Of a stretch of DNA of 64,000 nucleotides, positions 27,328 to 36,482 are shown piece after piece. The notes under the pieces were generated by a model. It saw nothing but the letters and a program-made list of their open reading frames with translations, made no database searches and was not told the DNA's origin. The first letter of the stretch is position 1. Every line of letters starts with the position of its first letter. The translations under genes and the position numbers were made by a program. Origin of the DNA: Patescibacteria group bacterium (GTDB lineage Bacteria > Patescibacteriota > Microgenomatia > UBA8517). Where the stretch lies: positions 11,067-75,066 of the forward strand of contig DATFUL010000003.1 in assembly GCA_035260845.1 (NCBI GenBank), read 5' to 3'.

Positions 27328-27344
27328 TCACCACTTCTCACCAT
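27328..27344 (-). promoter_or_regulatory. Candidate MraZ operator: direct repeats (A/G)TGGTGA with 10-bp periodicity, 46-64 nt upstream of the mraZ ATG
   Basis: Plus strand TCACCACttcTCACCAT at 27328-27344, which reads ATGGTGAgaaGTGGTGA on the mraZ sense strand. An inverted partial copy GGTGTGA lies at 27313-27319. The architecture resembles the GTGG-type direct repeats bound by MraZ in other bacteria. Confidence 0.35.
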
Positions 27345-27447
27345 TAGAAACCATTTTGATATTATTTCACGATAATGTCAAGTACTTTTACACGTATACA
27401 AATAGTATGCATCTTAAGAGTAAAGTATTAGACAAACGAAGAATTAA

Positions 27448-28119
27448 TTATTGAGCTAATTTCCCTGAGTGAGGAAGAGCGTCTGAAGCAAAAACACCAT
27501 AGCCATTCTGCCAAGCTACATATTGGGATGCGTCAGGTTGAGCAAAAGTAGGCATTGTTATAAAGAAAACCCCTTTTGCAATTTTATCCAAAGTATAGAT
27601 AAATTTACCATCAACTGAAGTCAAACTAACTTCTCCCGATTGCAAATGGAAGTCAGAAGAAAGCTTACCTAAAGATTTACCGTTTCCATCTCTAAATATA
27701 ATTGTTATGGTTCCGTGATTTACCCCTGCATCAAACCTAAACTTTCCCGAAGACTCAGACCCTAAAAGTAGATTTTTATCAACAGTACTACCCGTAAGTT
27801 TAATTGTTCCGGGAACACCCTGCTGACCACCATCACTGGTACTATATACGAGCAAATAATCCATTGAGGTGGCTCGGGCAACATTGATTTTTTGAACTTT
27901 AAAATCTAATAAATGGCCTAAAGAGTTCGGAATATTAACATCACTAACGGGAGTTAAGGTAACAACTGGCCATTCAGACTGTGCAAGTTCTGGAACAACT
28001 TCATCTTGGCTAGTAGTACCCGAAGAAGTTCCTTTAAAAGTTCTGGCTACAATCATTACAGCAAAAAGGACTATAAGAACCGCGCCTGCAATTAAAATTA
28101 TGGGTAGATTTTTTTTCAT
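27448..28119 (-). CDS. Hypothetical exported protein with an N-terminal signal/anchor and a Ser/Thr/Gly-rich mature part
   Basis: MKKNLPIILIAGAVLIVLFAVMIVA hydrophobic N-terminus; no recognisable catalytic motif. Confidence 0.45.
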   Translation of the reverse strand: MKKNLPIILIAGAVLIVLFAVMIVARTFKGTSSGTTSQDEVVPELAQSEWPVVTLTPVSDVNIPNSLGHLLDFKVQKINVARATSMDYLLVYSTSDGGQQGVPGTIKLTGSTVDKNLLLGSESSGKFRFDAGVNHGTITIIFRDGNGKSLGKLSSDFHLQSGEVSLTSVDGKFIYTLDKIAKGVFFITMPTFAQPDASQYVAWQNGYGVFASDALPHSGKLAQ

Positions 28120-28223
28120 GATATTCTAACAAGCTTTGCTTATAATGCGCTAGCAATATATCAAATTCATCCTCTGAGAAATTTATTTCGTTTAATTTCT
28201 ATTTATAGAATTTGATAGTATCT

Positions 28224-29522
28224 CTATTTCAATCCATTCTGAAAGTATTCCTGAAGTTTGTCAATGTTTATTCTTTCCTGTTTTCCACTGTCTCGATCAC
28301 GAACAGTTACAGTATTATCTTCAAGCGTTGTAAAGTCGACAGTAACACACCACGGTGTTCCAATTTCATCTTGTGCAAAATACCTTTTCCCAATATTCCC
28401 CCTATCATCCCAAACTGTAACAAAATTTTTCTTAAGCTCTTTATAAATTTCTCTAGCTTTTTCAGTAAGTTCGGGTTTATTTGCAAGAAGCGGAAAAACT
28501 GCAACTTTATAAGGCGCAAGGCGTGGGTTTAGTTTTAAATAAACACGCTCTCCATCTTCGGTGTACGAATCAATTAGAAAAAATAAAGTCGCGCGGTCGA
28601 CCCCACCGGAAGTTTCAATTACCCAAGGAGTGTATTCTTCATTTGTTAAATTGTCATGATATTTTAAACCATGGTTACCTAAGTCATAGTCTCCCCTATG
28701 GTGAATTCCTTCCATTTCACTCCAACCAAACGGAGCATCGTACTCGATATCAGTAGCGTAACGCGCATAATGAGCCCTCTTTTCTGGTTCATGATCATGG
28801 AATTTAAGTTTTTTAGGATTTAGTCCCAAATCTTTATACCAATTGAGTCTTGCCTCCTTAAATTCATTAAATGTTTTTTCACTTTCTTTTTCATCTGGTT
28901 TTACAAAATATTCAAGTTCCATTTGTTCAAATTCACGGGAACGGAAAGTTAGGTTGCCTGGAGTAATTTCATTTCTGAAAGCTTTTCCAATCTGTGCAAT
29001 TCCAAATGGAACTTTAACACGAGTCGAGTCAACAACATTTCTAAAATTAACAAATACACCCTGAGTGATTTCCCCTCTCAAATATGACTTTTCTTTAGGT
29101 TCTGTTGTCCCTAAAAGAACTTCGGTCATTAAATTAAACGTCTTAGCGGCAGTCCAGATGTTCTTCTCTTCATGAACTTTTTCATGGGCCGCAATTTCCT
29201 CTTCTTTATCAGCTCTAAATCTTTTATGACAAATTTTACATTCAACCAATGGATCTGTAAAAGCTTTCAAGTGTCCCGACTTTTCCCAAGTAGTAGGATT
29301 CATGATGATTGCGGCATCAATTCCAACAACATCTTCACGGCCATAAACCGTAGACTTCCACCATTCTCTTTTTAAATTATTTTTAAGCTCAACTCCAGCA
29401 GGACCGTAATCCCAAAAACCTTGATAGCCACCATAGATTTCACTGCCTTGAAAAATAAACCCACGGCGTTTTGCAAGAGAAGTGATCTTTTCCATCAAAC
29501 CAGCATTAACATTTAATTCCAT
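28224..29522 (-). CDS. glyQS: Glycyl-tRNA synthetase, dimeric (alpha2, archaeal/eukaryote-like GlyQS) type
   Basis: N-terminal RRGFIFQGSEIYGGYQGFWDYGPAGVELKNNL, which is characteristic of alpha2 GlyRS. Class II motifs are present; the C-terminal part is an anticodon-binding domain; 432 aa. Confidence 0.85.
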   Translation of the reverse strand: MELNVNAGLMEKITSLAKRRGFIFQGSEIYGGYQGFWDYGPAGVELKNNLKREWWKSTVYGREDVVGIDAAIIMNPTTWEKSGHLKAFTDPLVECKICHKRFRADKEEEIAAHEKVHEEKNIWTAAKTFNLMTEVLLGTTEPKEKSYLRGEITQGVFVNFRNVVDSTRVKVPFGIAQIGKAFRNEITPGNLTFRSREFEQMELEYFVKPDEKESEKTFNEFKEARLNWYKDLGLNPKKLKFHDHEPEKRAHYARYATDIEYDAPFGWSEMEGIHHRGDYDLGNHGLKYHDNLTNEEYTPWVIETSGGVDRATLFFLIDSYTEDGERVYLKLNPRLAPYKVAVFPLLANKPELTEKAREIYKELKKNFVTVWDDRGNIGKRYFAQDEIGTPWCVTVDFTTLEDNTVTVRDRDSGKQERINIDKLQEYFQNGLK

Positions 29523-29572
29523 ATTTGGATTATATCAGAACCCAATATACGAGTGTATAATTAGAAATTCTT

Positions 29573-30631
29573 ATGTGGGAAAAGATAATTGGGAGCAAGA
29601 TTTATACAGCTATATTCCTAGCAATAGTATTTTTTGTAGGTTTAGCGGCTACATATTTATTTCTTTCTTTCTCTAAAATATTTGTTAAAAATCCACTAAG
29701 AAATATTCTTCCAACTCCAAATGCTTATACTTTTGCTTCACCAAAACCAATCGAACAATTTGAACCAGAGCATCAGGAAAAGGGAACTTACAATATTTTA
29801 TTTTTGGGTTACGGTGGCGCAGGGCATGAAGGTTCCCTATTAACAGATAGTATTATCCTTCTTCATGTAGATACCAATTCACACAAAGCGGCTTTTATTT
29901 CTGTACCCCGTGATCTTTGGGTAAACGGAAACCATAAGATTAATGCGGCAGGGATAAGTGGCTTTCAGGATTCCAAGCCAATAGTTACAGGTGTAACGGG
30001 ACTCCCTGTAAATTATTATGTTTCAGTTGACTTTGGAGGCTTTACAAAAATAATTGACGACCTTGGTGGAATTACTGTTCAAGTTCCCGCGACTTTTGAT
30101 GATCCATTTTATCCAATTACGGGAGAAGAGAATAATACTTGCGGAAAAACAGAACAAGAAATTAATTTACTTAAAACCAAATATTCAGGGTATTCTTTAG
30201 AAACACAGTTTACTTGCAGATATGAACACTTACATTTTGACAAAGGCGAAGTAAATTTGGATGGCGCTACAGCGCTAAAGTTTGCTCGTTCGCGACATGG
30301 AGATAGCGATTTTGGCAGGAGTTTACGTCAATTTGCAATTCTTGGTGGGATAAAAAATAAATTAATCTCTTTCCAAATGACAAGCAAGTTTGAAGAAATT
30401 GTAGGTACACTTTTGCACATAGTTAGAACAGATTTGGATCCCAGTATAATTAAAGCTCTTGTTCAAATTGTGGGAGACGTCAAAGCATATTCAATAAAAC
30501 AAATACAATTAACAACTGATAATGTTTTAAATCAATCAACGAGTAATAATGGCCAGTTCATCTTAATCCCGAAATCTGGAAATTTTAATTTTTCAGGAAT
30601 AAAAGAGTATATTAGTAGTAATATCAAATAA
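29573..30631 (+). CDS. LytR-CpsA-Psr (LCP) family phosphotransferase, which attaches wall glycopolymers to peptidoglycan
   Basis: N-terminal TM, then YNILFLGYGGAGHEGSLLTDSIILLHVD...VPRDLWV and the conserved R/D residues of the LCP domain (ALKFARSRHGDSDFGR). Confidence 0.75.
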   Translation: MWEKIIGSKIYTAIFLAIVFFVGLAATYLFLSFSKIFVKNPLRNILPTPNAYTFASPKPIEQFEPEHQEKGTYNILFLGYGGAGHEGSLLTDSIILLHVDTNSHKAAFISVPRDLWVNGNHKINAAGISGFQDSKPIVTGVTGLPVNYYVSVDFGGFTKIIDDLGGITVQVPATFDDPFYPITGEENNTCGKTEQEINLLKTKYSGYSLETQFTCRYEHLHFDKGEVNLDGATALKFARSRHGDSDFGRSLRQFAILGGIKNKLISFQMTSKFEEIVGTLLHIVRTDLDPSIIKALVQIVGDVKAYSIKQIQLTTDNVLNQSTSNNGQFILIPKSGNFNFSGIKEYISSNIK

Positions 30632-30632
30632 A

Positions 30633-31157
30633 ATGGAAACTATAACTTTGGCAGGTGGTTGCTTTTGGTGTACAGAAGCCATATTTTCGCAGCTTAAGGG
30701 GGTAGCGAGCGTAACTCCCGGATACTCTGGTGGAAGCGTAGAGAATCCAAGCTACGAAGAAGTTTGTACAGGTAACACGGGACATGCGGAAAGTGTGCAA
30801 ATTGTTTTCGATCCAAAAATTTTAGCATTAAAAGATTTACTTTATGTATTTTTTAAACTTCATGATCCAACAACTTTAAATCGCCAAGGCGCAGATACTG
30901 GCACACAGTACCGCTCTGCAATTTTTTATTCTTCTGAAACACAAAAGGAAATAGCAGAAAAAGCTGTTGAAGAAGCTAAAAAGTTTTATAGCGATCCAGT
31001 TGTAACCGAAATTACTAAATTTAGTAATTTTTATCCGGCCGACCCATCACATAAAGATTATTATTTTGCCCACAGAAATTCACCTTATTGTATATTGGTA
31101 ATCGATCCAAAAATACAAAAACTTAAAAAGGAGTTTGGAAATTTACTTAAAAGTTAA
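30633..31157 (+). CDS. msrA: Peptide methionine-S-sulfoxide reductase MsrA
   Basis: Active-site GCFWC (ITLAGGCFWCTEAIF), HDPTTLNRQGADTGTQYRSAIFY. Confidence 0.9.
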   Translation: METITLAGGCFWCTEAIFSQLKGVASVTPGYSGGSVENPSYEEVCTGNTGHAESVQIVFDPKILALKDLLYVFFKLHDPTTLNRQGADTGTQYRSAIFYSSETQKEIAEKAVEEAKKFYSDPVVTEITKFSNFYPADPSHKDYYFAHRNSPYCILVIDPKIQKLKKEFGNLLKS

Positions 31158-31993
31158 TCGGGTAGAATATATATGTCTTGCCTGGTTCCACTTATCCCAA
31201 CTTTCTCCGCTTCGCCCCTTAACACTCTCTCTAGTGGTCTACAATTAAAACACCCACCTTTTGGGCACTTAAACTCTTCCTTTTCGCGGGCTTTCTTTAT
31301 ATCCTTTGCGATACTTAAAACTTTTTTGTAAGCATCGGTGGTCCTAGGCAACTTCTTTTCCATAACATCATCGTCGCGATCTAAATACCAATATGAAGCT
31401 TTAGTTACTTTTTTGGTTTGAGTATTGGTAGCCAACAGTAAATAAATAGGTAACTGAAGTGAATCGTCACTTTCTTCATTTTTTCCCGTTTTAAAGTCGA
31501 TTATGTGAACCGAATCTGACTCTGGTAAATATTCCAGCCAATCGATTTTTCCGCAAAGAATAATATTGTCTTTTTCTGACAAATAATAATTAGGCAGACC
31601 CATTGACCCTGTTTTGATTTTAATTGCGGGTCGCATAATAGGCCCTGGGTTTTCCTGTAAATTAATAAGCATGGCGAGCCCCCTATCCCGATACTCCATT
31701 TCTTGGGTATGGTTTTTAAATCCACCCATTTTGCCGGTATATTTTAGCCAAACAGGATCCAACTTTTTAACTAAAGATATTTTTAGCCTCTCTTCAGTGG
31801 GAAGAGTCGCAAGTGACTCAATTACTTCATGAACAGCGCCACCCAAGGCAAGCGGTGGTGTTACAACCGTAATTTTATGTCCCGTAATTGGGTCTTTATA
31901 AACATTTCTTAAATAATAAGATCTTGGACATTTAATAAAATCGGATATGGAAGAGTGTGACACCCAAACTGCTGAATATTTGTCCTGGACCAT
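31154..31993 (-). CDS. Cas4-like / RecB-family PD-(D/E)XK nuclease (DUF83 type) with an Fe-S cysteine set. Standalone; no cas genes or array nearby.
   Basis: N-terminal Cys (KCPRSYYL), GKIDWLEY (motif II Asp), IIDFKTGK (the D-x-K catalytic triad element), QLPIYLLL (QhxxY), and a C-terminal C-x4-C-x2-C (CPKGGCFNC). Confidence 0.6.
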   Translation of the reverse strand: MVQDKYSAVWVSHSSISDFIKCPRSYYLRNVYKDPITGHKITVVTPPLALGGAVHEVIESLATLPTEERLKISLVKKLDPVWLKYTGKMGGFKNHTQEMEYRDRGLAMLINLQENPGPIMRPAIKIKTGSMGLPNYYLSEKDNIILCGKIDWLEYLPESDSVHIIDFKTGKNEESDDSLQLPIYLLLATNTQTKKVTKASYWYLDRDDDVMEKKLPRTTDAYKKVLSIAKDIKKAREKEEFKCPKGGCFNCRPLERVLRGEAEKVGISGTRQDIYILPD

Positions 31994-31994
31994 T

Positions 31995-32609
31995 TTAGAT
32001 TTTCGTAACAGAAGATAGGATTGAATTGATTTGGTCTAACATTGTTTGATCAGGAGTCGAGGGGTTTGTAATGTCAATTCGGCCAAACTCAGTTAAATCT
32101 CCCCACGCCCCATTTTGCATCTCACAAACTGTACGATTACCAGAGGGCAACAAACCAACCCTTAGTTTTGCTCCATCTGAAGTTGTAACCGAACTAAAAG
32201 CATTAAATTTGATACTCATTGCCTGGTCAGCGTCACCAGGGTAAACACATCCCTCCCCACCTAAAGCTGCTTGAGTAAAAACAATTTTATATTTGCCGCT
32301 TACCAAAGTTAACTTATCAATTTGACCCGCCACTGTGCCGCTAGTTGTACTTGTCCAAAGAGCTGGCAAATCAAGCGAATATGCCTTAAAAACTAAAACT
32401 CCACCAGCTTTAACTTTTGTAAAACTCGAAGATGGACTTGCAGATGGCTCAGTAGTAGGTTTAAGTGTGATATTGGAAACTTCCGTGTTTTGAACTGAAA
32501 CAGCCTGAGGTTTATTAAAAGTTACAGATGGCAGCCACCCCTTAAAATAGGCAGTTACACCAAGCCCTACTACCAAAGCTGTTAGAATTATTGTTATTAC
32601 GTATTTCAT
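31995..32609 (-). CDS. Hypothetical N-terminally anchored extracytoplasmic protein (Thr/Ser-rich linker then a beta-rich domain)
   Basis: TM segment VITIILTALVVGLGVTAY. Start placed at MKYVITI to avoid an overlap with the upstream gene; no motifs. Confidence 0.4.
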   Translation of the reverse strand: MKYVITIILTALVVGLGVTAYFKGWLPSVTFNKPQAVSVQNTEVSNITLKPTTEPSASPSSSFTKVKAGGVLVFKAYSLDLPALWTSTTSGTVAGQIDKLTLVSGKYKIVFTQAALGGEGCVYPGDADQAMSIKFNAFSSVTTSDGAKLRVGLLPSGNRTVCEMQNGAWGDLTEFGRIDITNPSTPDQTMLDQINSILSSVTKI

Positions 32610-32617
32610 AAAGAATG

Positions 32618-33433
32618 CTATTTCGAAACATTGTAACCCGGTTTCCTTACAAAAAACAAGACAACACCGAGTATTAACAAAGCAAATCCTAAAATTTGCC
32701 AATAAATCACAACTTCACTTATTACAGCTGGAGCAATAATACTCACAAAAACAGAAACTACAGATGTGCTACCGGGCAAGCCCGATAAAATTGATTTTTG
32801 TATGCCGATTGCGACTTCCATTACAAAAAAGGTCAAACTCCCGGATAAAATAAATGCTATTCCAAGACTTATGAGTCTTTCGCCTTTTTTGATTAGTAAG
32901 AACAACAAAAATAGGATAAAAATGAGTAATAACGATGCGGCTATAAATCCGTTTGAGGATACTTTTCCAAACTGTGATATTTCCTTAAGTGGAATATTTT
33001 GATAGTCTTGAAAATTAAACTTAGTTAAAAGTTCCTGAAGAGGCATATCCGTTTTTAAACCATTAAGAGTTTTTGGCAATAAGTTTTTTGGTATTTTATC
33101 AACTGGAACATAAACATTAATCTGACTAGAAGTTCCATTTGCAAAACTTAAAACATTCTTTAGGTTTTTGTCGAGTACATCTTTGGTATTTTCTGGAGTT
33201 ATTAAGTCGGTCAAAATTTTGACGTCGTTTTTATTACCGCCTTCTTTTCCAATTTGTGATTCAAATGAACTTTTACTAGCCGTTGCTAAACTTTGATAAG
33301 TATTGTGTTTTTGAAATGCATTTTGCCAGAAATTATAATTAAGAAGTTGAAACTTGAAAGTGCCCGACAATAGCTCACCTAAAAATAAAATTACAAAAAA
33401 AATTACTAATAAAATTTTGGCAGAGGTCTTCAT
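32618..33433 (-). CDS. Hypothetical membrane protein: N-terminal TM, extracytoplasmic domain, C-terminal 3-4 TM segments
   Basis: Hydropathy pattern only. Confidence 0.4.
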   Translation of the reverse strand: MKTSAKILLVIFFVILFLGELLSGTFKFQLLNYNFWQNAFQKHNTYQSLATASKSSFESQIGKEGGNKNDVKILTDLITPENTKDVLDKNLKNVLSFANGTSSQINVYVPVDKIPKNLLPKTLNGLKTDMPLQELLTKFNFQDYQNIPLKEISQFGKVSSNGFIAASLLLIFILFLLFLLIKKGERLISLGIAFILSGSLTFFVMEVAIGIQKSILSGLPGSTSVVSVFVSIIAPAVISEVVIYWQILGFALLILGVVLFFVRKPGYNVSK

Positions 33434-33810
33434 TTCTCCAATGGAACAAACTCTAATGATAATGAATTTATACAGTATCTAAGCCCAGTCTTATCTTTGG
33501 GGCCATCGTTGAAAACATGTCCCAAGTGGGAGCCGCATTTTGCACAGGTCACTTCTGTTCTTGTCATACCAAGAGAATTATCTGGAATTTTCTTGATTGC
33601 GTGCGAGTCAGCCATGTCCCAAAAACTTGGCCAACCTGTACCAGAATCATATTTTTTATCACTCTTAAAAAGTTCCTGACCGCACACAGCACAAACATAC
33701 ATTCCAGTTGCCTTATTGTGAAGATACTTGCCACTCCCGGGTGGTTCTGTACCTTTTAGGAAACAGACATTGTAGGCTTCAGGAGAAAGTTGTTTTTTAG
33801 GGTCCACCAT
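33430..33810 (-). CDS. msrB: Peptide methionine-R-sulfoxide reductase MsrB (SelR domain, zinc-binding)
   Basis: CxxC pairs (CAVCGQELF...[12 protein letters not shown]), [17 protein letters not shown]. Confidence 0.9.
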   Translation of the reverse strand: MVDPKKQLSPEAYNVCFLKGTEPPGSGKYLHNKATGMYVCAVCGQELFKSDKKYDSGTGWPSFWDMADSHAIKKIPDNSLGMTRTEVTCAKCGSHLGHVFNDGPKDKTGLRYCINSLSLEFVPLEK

Positions 33811-33818
33811 TTATTGTA

Positions 33819-34421
33819 TCAAAAAAGACTATCTTGAAGAATAGGTTCCTTAGGTGGGTAAGTAAAATCAAGTTTTACTTCGTGAGTTTCATTCCAAAAA
33901 TCAACGTACTTTAAAGAGCCATTCTTCATTGCATAATCATAAATCCTGGTTGTTATTTCAACATCCATTTCGCAATAAATTCTAAGTTTGGTCAAGCTTT
34001 CTGTGTCCCCCGCCACCCAATACTTTATCGCGTTTTCCCCTGAATCATTTTTTTTACTGCCAAGCGTTGCCTTTGCAAGTGAATCAAGCGAAACTCTTTT
34101 GCCCTCAACTTTTCTTATTTCGTCCAAAATATCAAAGTGTTTTAATTTTGACCAATGTGATGGAAGATATGGGGAGAGAGCAGGAATATCAAAACCAAGT
34201 GAGTTAAAACCAATTACCCTATCTGCTTTTTCGAATATTTTAAACATTTCCATGAAGTCCTTTTCCCAAAAGCTTTCCATTTTTCCTTCAATTTCATTCC
34301 CATTTTCGTCAACCGTTCTTGAGTAAACTGAAGTTATAGAAACTCCAAGTTTGCTGGCGTCAAAACCAGTTGACTCATCAAAGAATTTTTTAGTTTCAGT
34401 ATCGAAAATCACCTCAAACAT
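33819..34421 (-). CDS. Predicted 3'-5' exonuclease, RNase H-like/DEDD fold (PolB-exonuclease-like or YprB-like)
   Basis: N-terminal Exo I-like VIFDTETKKF (DxE), then IGFNSLGFDIPAL (Exo II-like) and C-terminal YCEMDVEITTRIYDY (Exo III-like Y...D). Assignment is by motif pattern only. Confidence 0.45.
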   Translation of the reverse strand: MFEVIFDTETKKFFDESTGFDASKLGVSITSVYSRTVDENGNEIEGKMESFWEKDFMEMFKIFEKADRVIGFNSLGFDIPALSPYLPSHWSKLKHFDILDEIRKVEGKRVSLDSLAKATLGSKKNDSGENAIKYWVAGDTESLTKLRIYCEMDVEITTRIYDYAMKNGSLKYVDFWNETHEVKLDFTYPPKEPILQDSLF

Positions 34422-34462
34422 AATTCATATATTGTAGCTGAAGTTGGAAAAAAGGGGAAATC

Positions 34463-35026
34463 TTACCTAGAATTTCTCAATTGCTCCTTTAAAGGATCAA
34501 AGGTTGCAATTCCAGTATGTTTAGATTCACATTCATCCAAATTTAGAACTCCTCTTAAATGTTTTTCTTCATGCTGATAAAGTCTGGCTAAAAATCCATC
34601 AAACTTTTGCCTTTGAGATTTATTTTTAGAATCGGTCCATTCCATTTCTACCCAGTCAGGTCTGCCAACATCTGCATAAAAAATTCCAGAACTGAGGCAA
34701 AGTTCTTTGTAATAATTTAGTGTTTCAGAAACATTTACTATTTTTGGATTTATAAAAATTTCAACATTGTCATTTACAAATGTAGTAAAAACTGATTTAT
34801 TAATTCCAATTTGAGGAGCAGCAAAGCCTCTTCCATAACCCGCAATTTTCCGGTATTGAAGAAGCACATCGCCAAGTTTTTTGCCAATTTTCAACCCTTC
34901 TTCAAATTTAACGGGTATACTAAATTCCCTTAGAGATGGATCACCTACATATTTAACTTCAGGGAGTTTATCAAGAACTTTTGAGAAAGTTTCGACACGA
35001 CTTCTAATAATATCAATTTCTGCCAT
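34463..35026 (-). CDS. def: Peptide deformylase
   Basis: The three PDF motifs: GRGFAAPQIG (motif 1), ELCLSSG (EGCLS-type motif 2), QHEEKHLRG (HExxH motif 3). Confidence 0.85.
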   Translation of the reverse strand: MAEIDIIRSRVETFSKVLDKLPEVKYVGDPSLREFSIPVKFEEGLKIGKKLGDVLLQYRKIAGYGRGFAAPQIGINKSVFTTFVNDNVEIFINPKIVNVSETLNYYKELCLSSGIFYADVGRPDWVEMEWTDSKNKSQRQKFDGFLARLYQHEEKHLRGVLNLDECESKHTGIATFDPLKEQLRNSR

Positions 35027-35124
35027 AGGTGCATTTTACTACTTTCTCAAAAAGTAGCTAATAATGAGGTGTGTAACAGCTTGTTAATACTAAAGCCAGG
35101 TCGGAGAAAATTCCATGTATACTA

Positions 35125-35153
35125 TTGACATATGCAACTAAGTTGCGTATGAT
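35125..35153 (+). promoter_or_regulatory. Sigma70-like promoter (TTGACA, 17-nt spacer, TATGAT) with a 6-1-6 palindrome GCAACT-A-AGTTGC in the spacer. Candidate Zur/Fur-family operator.
   Basis: ttgaca at 35125-35130, tatgat at 35148-35153, palindrome at 35134-35146 (extended ATGCAACTAAGTTGCGTAT, 15/16 symmetric). It lies directly before the zur ORF. The -10 element is only about 7 nt from the first ATG, so the transcript is leaderless or the start is the downstream ATG. Confidence 0.45.
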
Positions 35154-35159
35154 AGAGGA

Positions 35160-35564
35160 ATGAAATCCATTGAATTTGTTAATGAAATGAAAAGATTAAA
35201 AAAGCGAGTTACACCCGCCAGAACAAAAATATTTAAAATTGTTCACTCAGCTAAATCCCCTATTTCTGCAGATAAACTTGTAAAAGAGATTGGCGTAAAT
35301 AAAACCACAATTTATCGTGATTTAGATCTCTTTCTCAAGAATGGCTTTATCGACGATGTTGATTTTGGTGACGGAATAAAGCGGTATGAGGTTAAAGAGG
35401 AAAGTCACCATCACCATTTGGTTTGTATGCAATGTAAAAACGTTCAGGATATAAGTTTTGAGGAAAATTTAAAAATAGAAGAACAAAAAATCGCAAGAAA
35501 TAACAACTTTAAAGTAATAAAACATAATTTAGAATTTTTTGGCTACTGCCAAAATTGTATATGA
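35160..35564 (+). CDS. zur: Fur-family metalloregulator, most likely Zur given the downstream znuACB-type transporter
   Basis: Winged-helix N-terminus (RVTPARTKIFKIVH...DKLVKEIGVNKTTIYRDLDLF), a metal-site His cluster HHHH, and CMQC...C cysteines. The true start may be the internal MKRLKK (35187). Confidence 0.7.
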   Translation: MKSIEFVNEMKRLKKRVTPARTKIFKIVHSAKSPISADKLVKEIGVNKTTIYRDLDLFLKNGFIDDVDFGDGIKRYEVKEESHHHHLVCMQCKNVQDISFEENLKIEEQKIARNNNFKVIKHNLEFFGYCQNCI

Positions 35565-36481
35565 TGAAAAAACTATTCATTTTAATAATACTGTTCTTGG
35601 TTGTTGGAATCGGAGTTTATTTTGCATTATTAAAGAGTAGACCAGAAAGTGTTAATGACAATAAACTTCAAATAACTGCCTCTTTTTACCCATATTATTT
35701 TTTTGCAAGCCAAATTGGTGGAAACAAAGTGAACGTAGTTAACATTACTCCAGCTGGAGCGGAACCGCATGACTACGAACCGACTAGTGGTGATATTGTT
35801 CAAATTCAGACAAGTGCACTTTTAATTCTTAACGGCACAGTAGAACCATGGGGAAATAAAATTCAAGATGACTTAAAAGGTAAAAATACAAGGGTGCTAG
35901 TTGCAGGAAAAGGACTTTTTACCCAGAAAGTAGCAGATGAAAACGGAAAAAAATCAACAGACCCACACATATGGTTAAGTCCCAATTTGGCTAAAGCACA
36001 AGTTAAATCAATTTTAAATGAATTTATTCAAATTGATCCTGAAAATAAAAATTATTACACGGCAAATACTAATAAACTTCTAAATGATCTTGATAACTTA
36101 GATAAAGATTATAAAAATGGCCTGCGAACTTGTCAGAAAAAAGATATTGTTACTTCCCACGCCGCGTTTGGCTATTTAGCGGTTGATTATGGGCTCGTCC
36201 AAGTTCCAATTACCGGACTCTCCCCCGACGCCGAACCATCTCTAAAACAATTAGCAAACATTGCAGATTTTGTAAAGAAAAATAACATAAAATATATTTT
36301 CTTTGAAAGCTTAGTTAGTCCTAAACTTGCACAAACTTTAGCCTCTGAGACCGGATCTCAAACCATGGTTCTTGATCCATTGGAAGGTCTTACTCCCGAT
36401 GCGTTAGTAAAAGGTGAAAATTATTTGACTGTAATGAGGCAAAACCTTCATAATCTAGAAGTTGCACTAGACTGCATTTAA
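35555..36481 (+). CDS. znuA: Metal (Zn/Mn) ABC transporter substrate-binding protein, ZnuA/TroA cluster-9 family
   Basis: Lipoprotein-like N-terminus; TroA-fold motifs (PAGAEPHDYEPTSGDI, DPHIWLSP, SHAAFGYL) with His/Asp metal ligands. Confidence 0.75.
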   Translation: MYMMKKLFILIILFLVVGIGVYFALLKSRPESVNDNKLQITASFYPYYFFASQIGGNKVNVVNITPAGAEPHDYEPTSGDIVQIQTSALLILNGTVEPWGNKIQDDLKGKNTRVLVAGKGLFTQKVADENGKKSTDPHIWLSPNLAKAQVKSILNEFIQIDPENKNYYTANTNKLLNDLDNLDKDYKNGLRTCQKKDIVTSHAAFGYLAVDYGLVQVPITGLSPDAEPSLKQLANIADFVKKNNIKYIFFESLVSPKLAQTLASETGSQTMVLDPLEGLTPDALVKGENYLTVMRQNLHNLEVALDCI

Positions 36482-36482
36482 T

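Noticed and set aside
31154-31993. Cas4-like gene as part of a CRISPR-Cas system
   Set aside because: No cas1, cas2, effector genes or repeat array anywhere in the 64 kb. Treated as a standalone RecB/Cas4-family nuclease.
35039-35056. Inverted repeat CTACTTT-ctca-AAAGTAG as a rho-independent terminator
   Set aside because: AT-rich 7-bp stem with no following T-run. It lies upstream of both divergent genes rather than downstream of one. Kept only as a possible operator within the regulatory finding.
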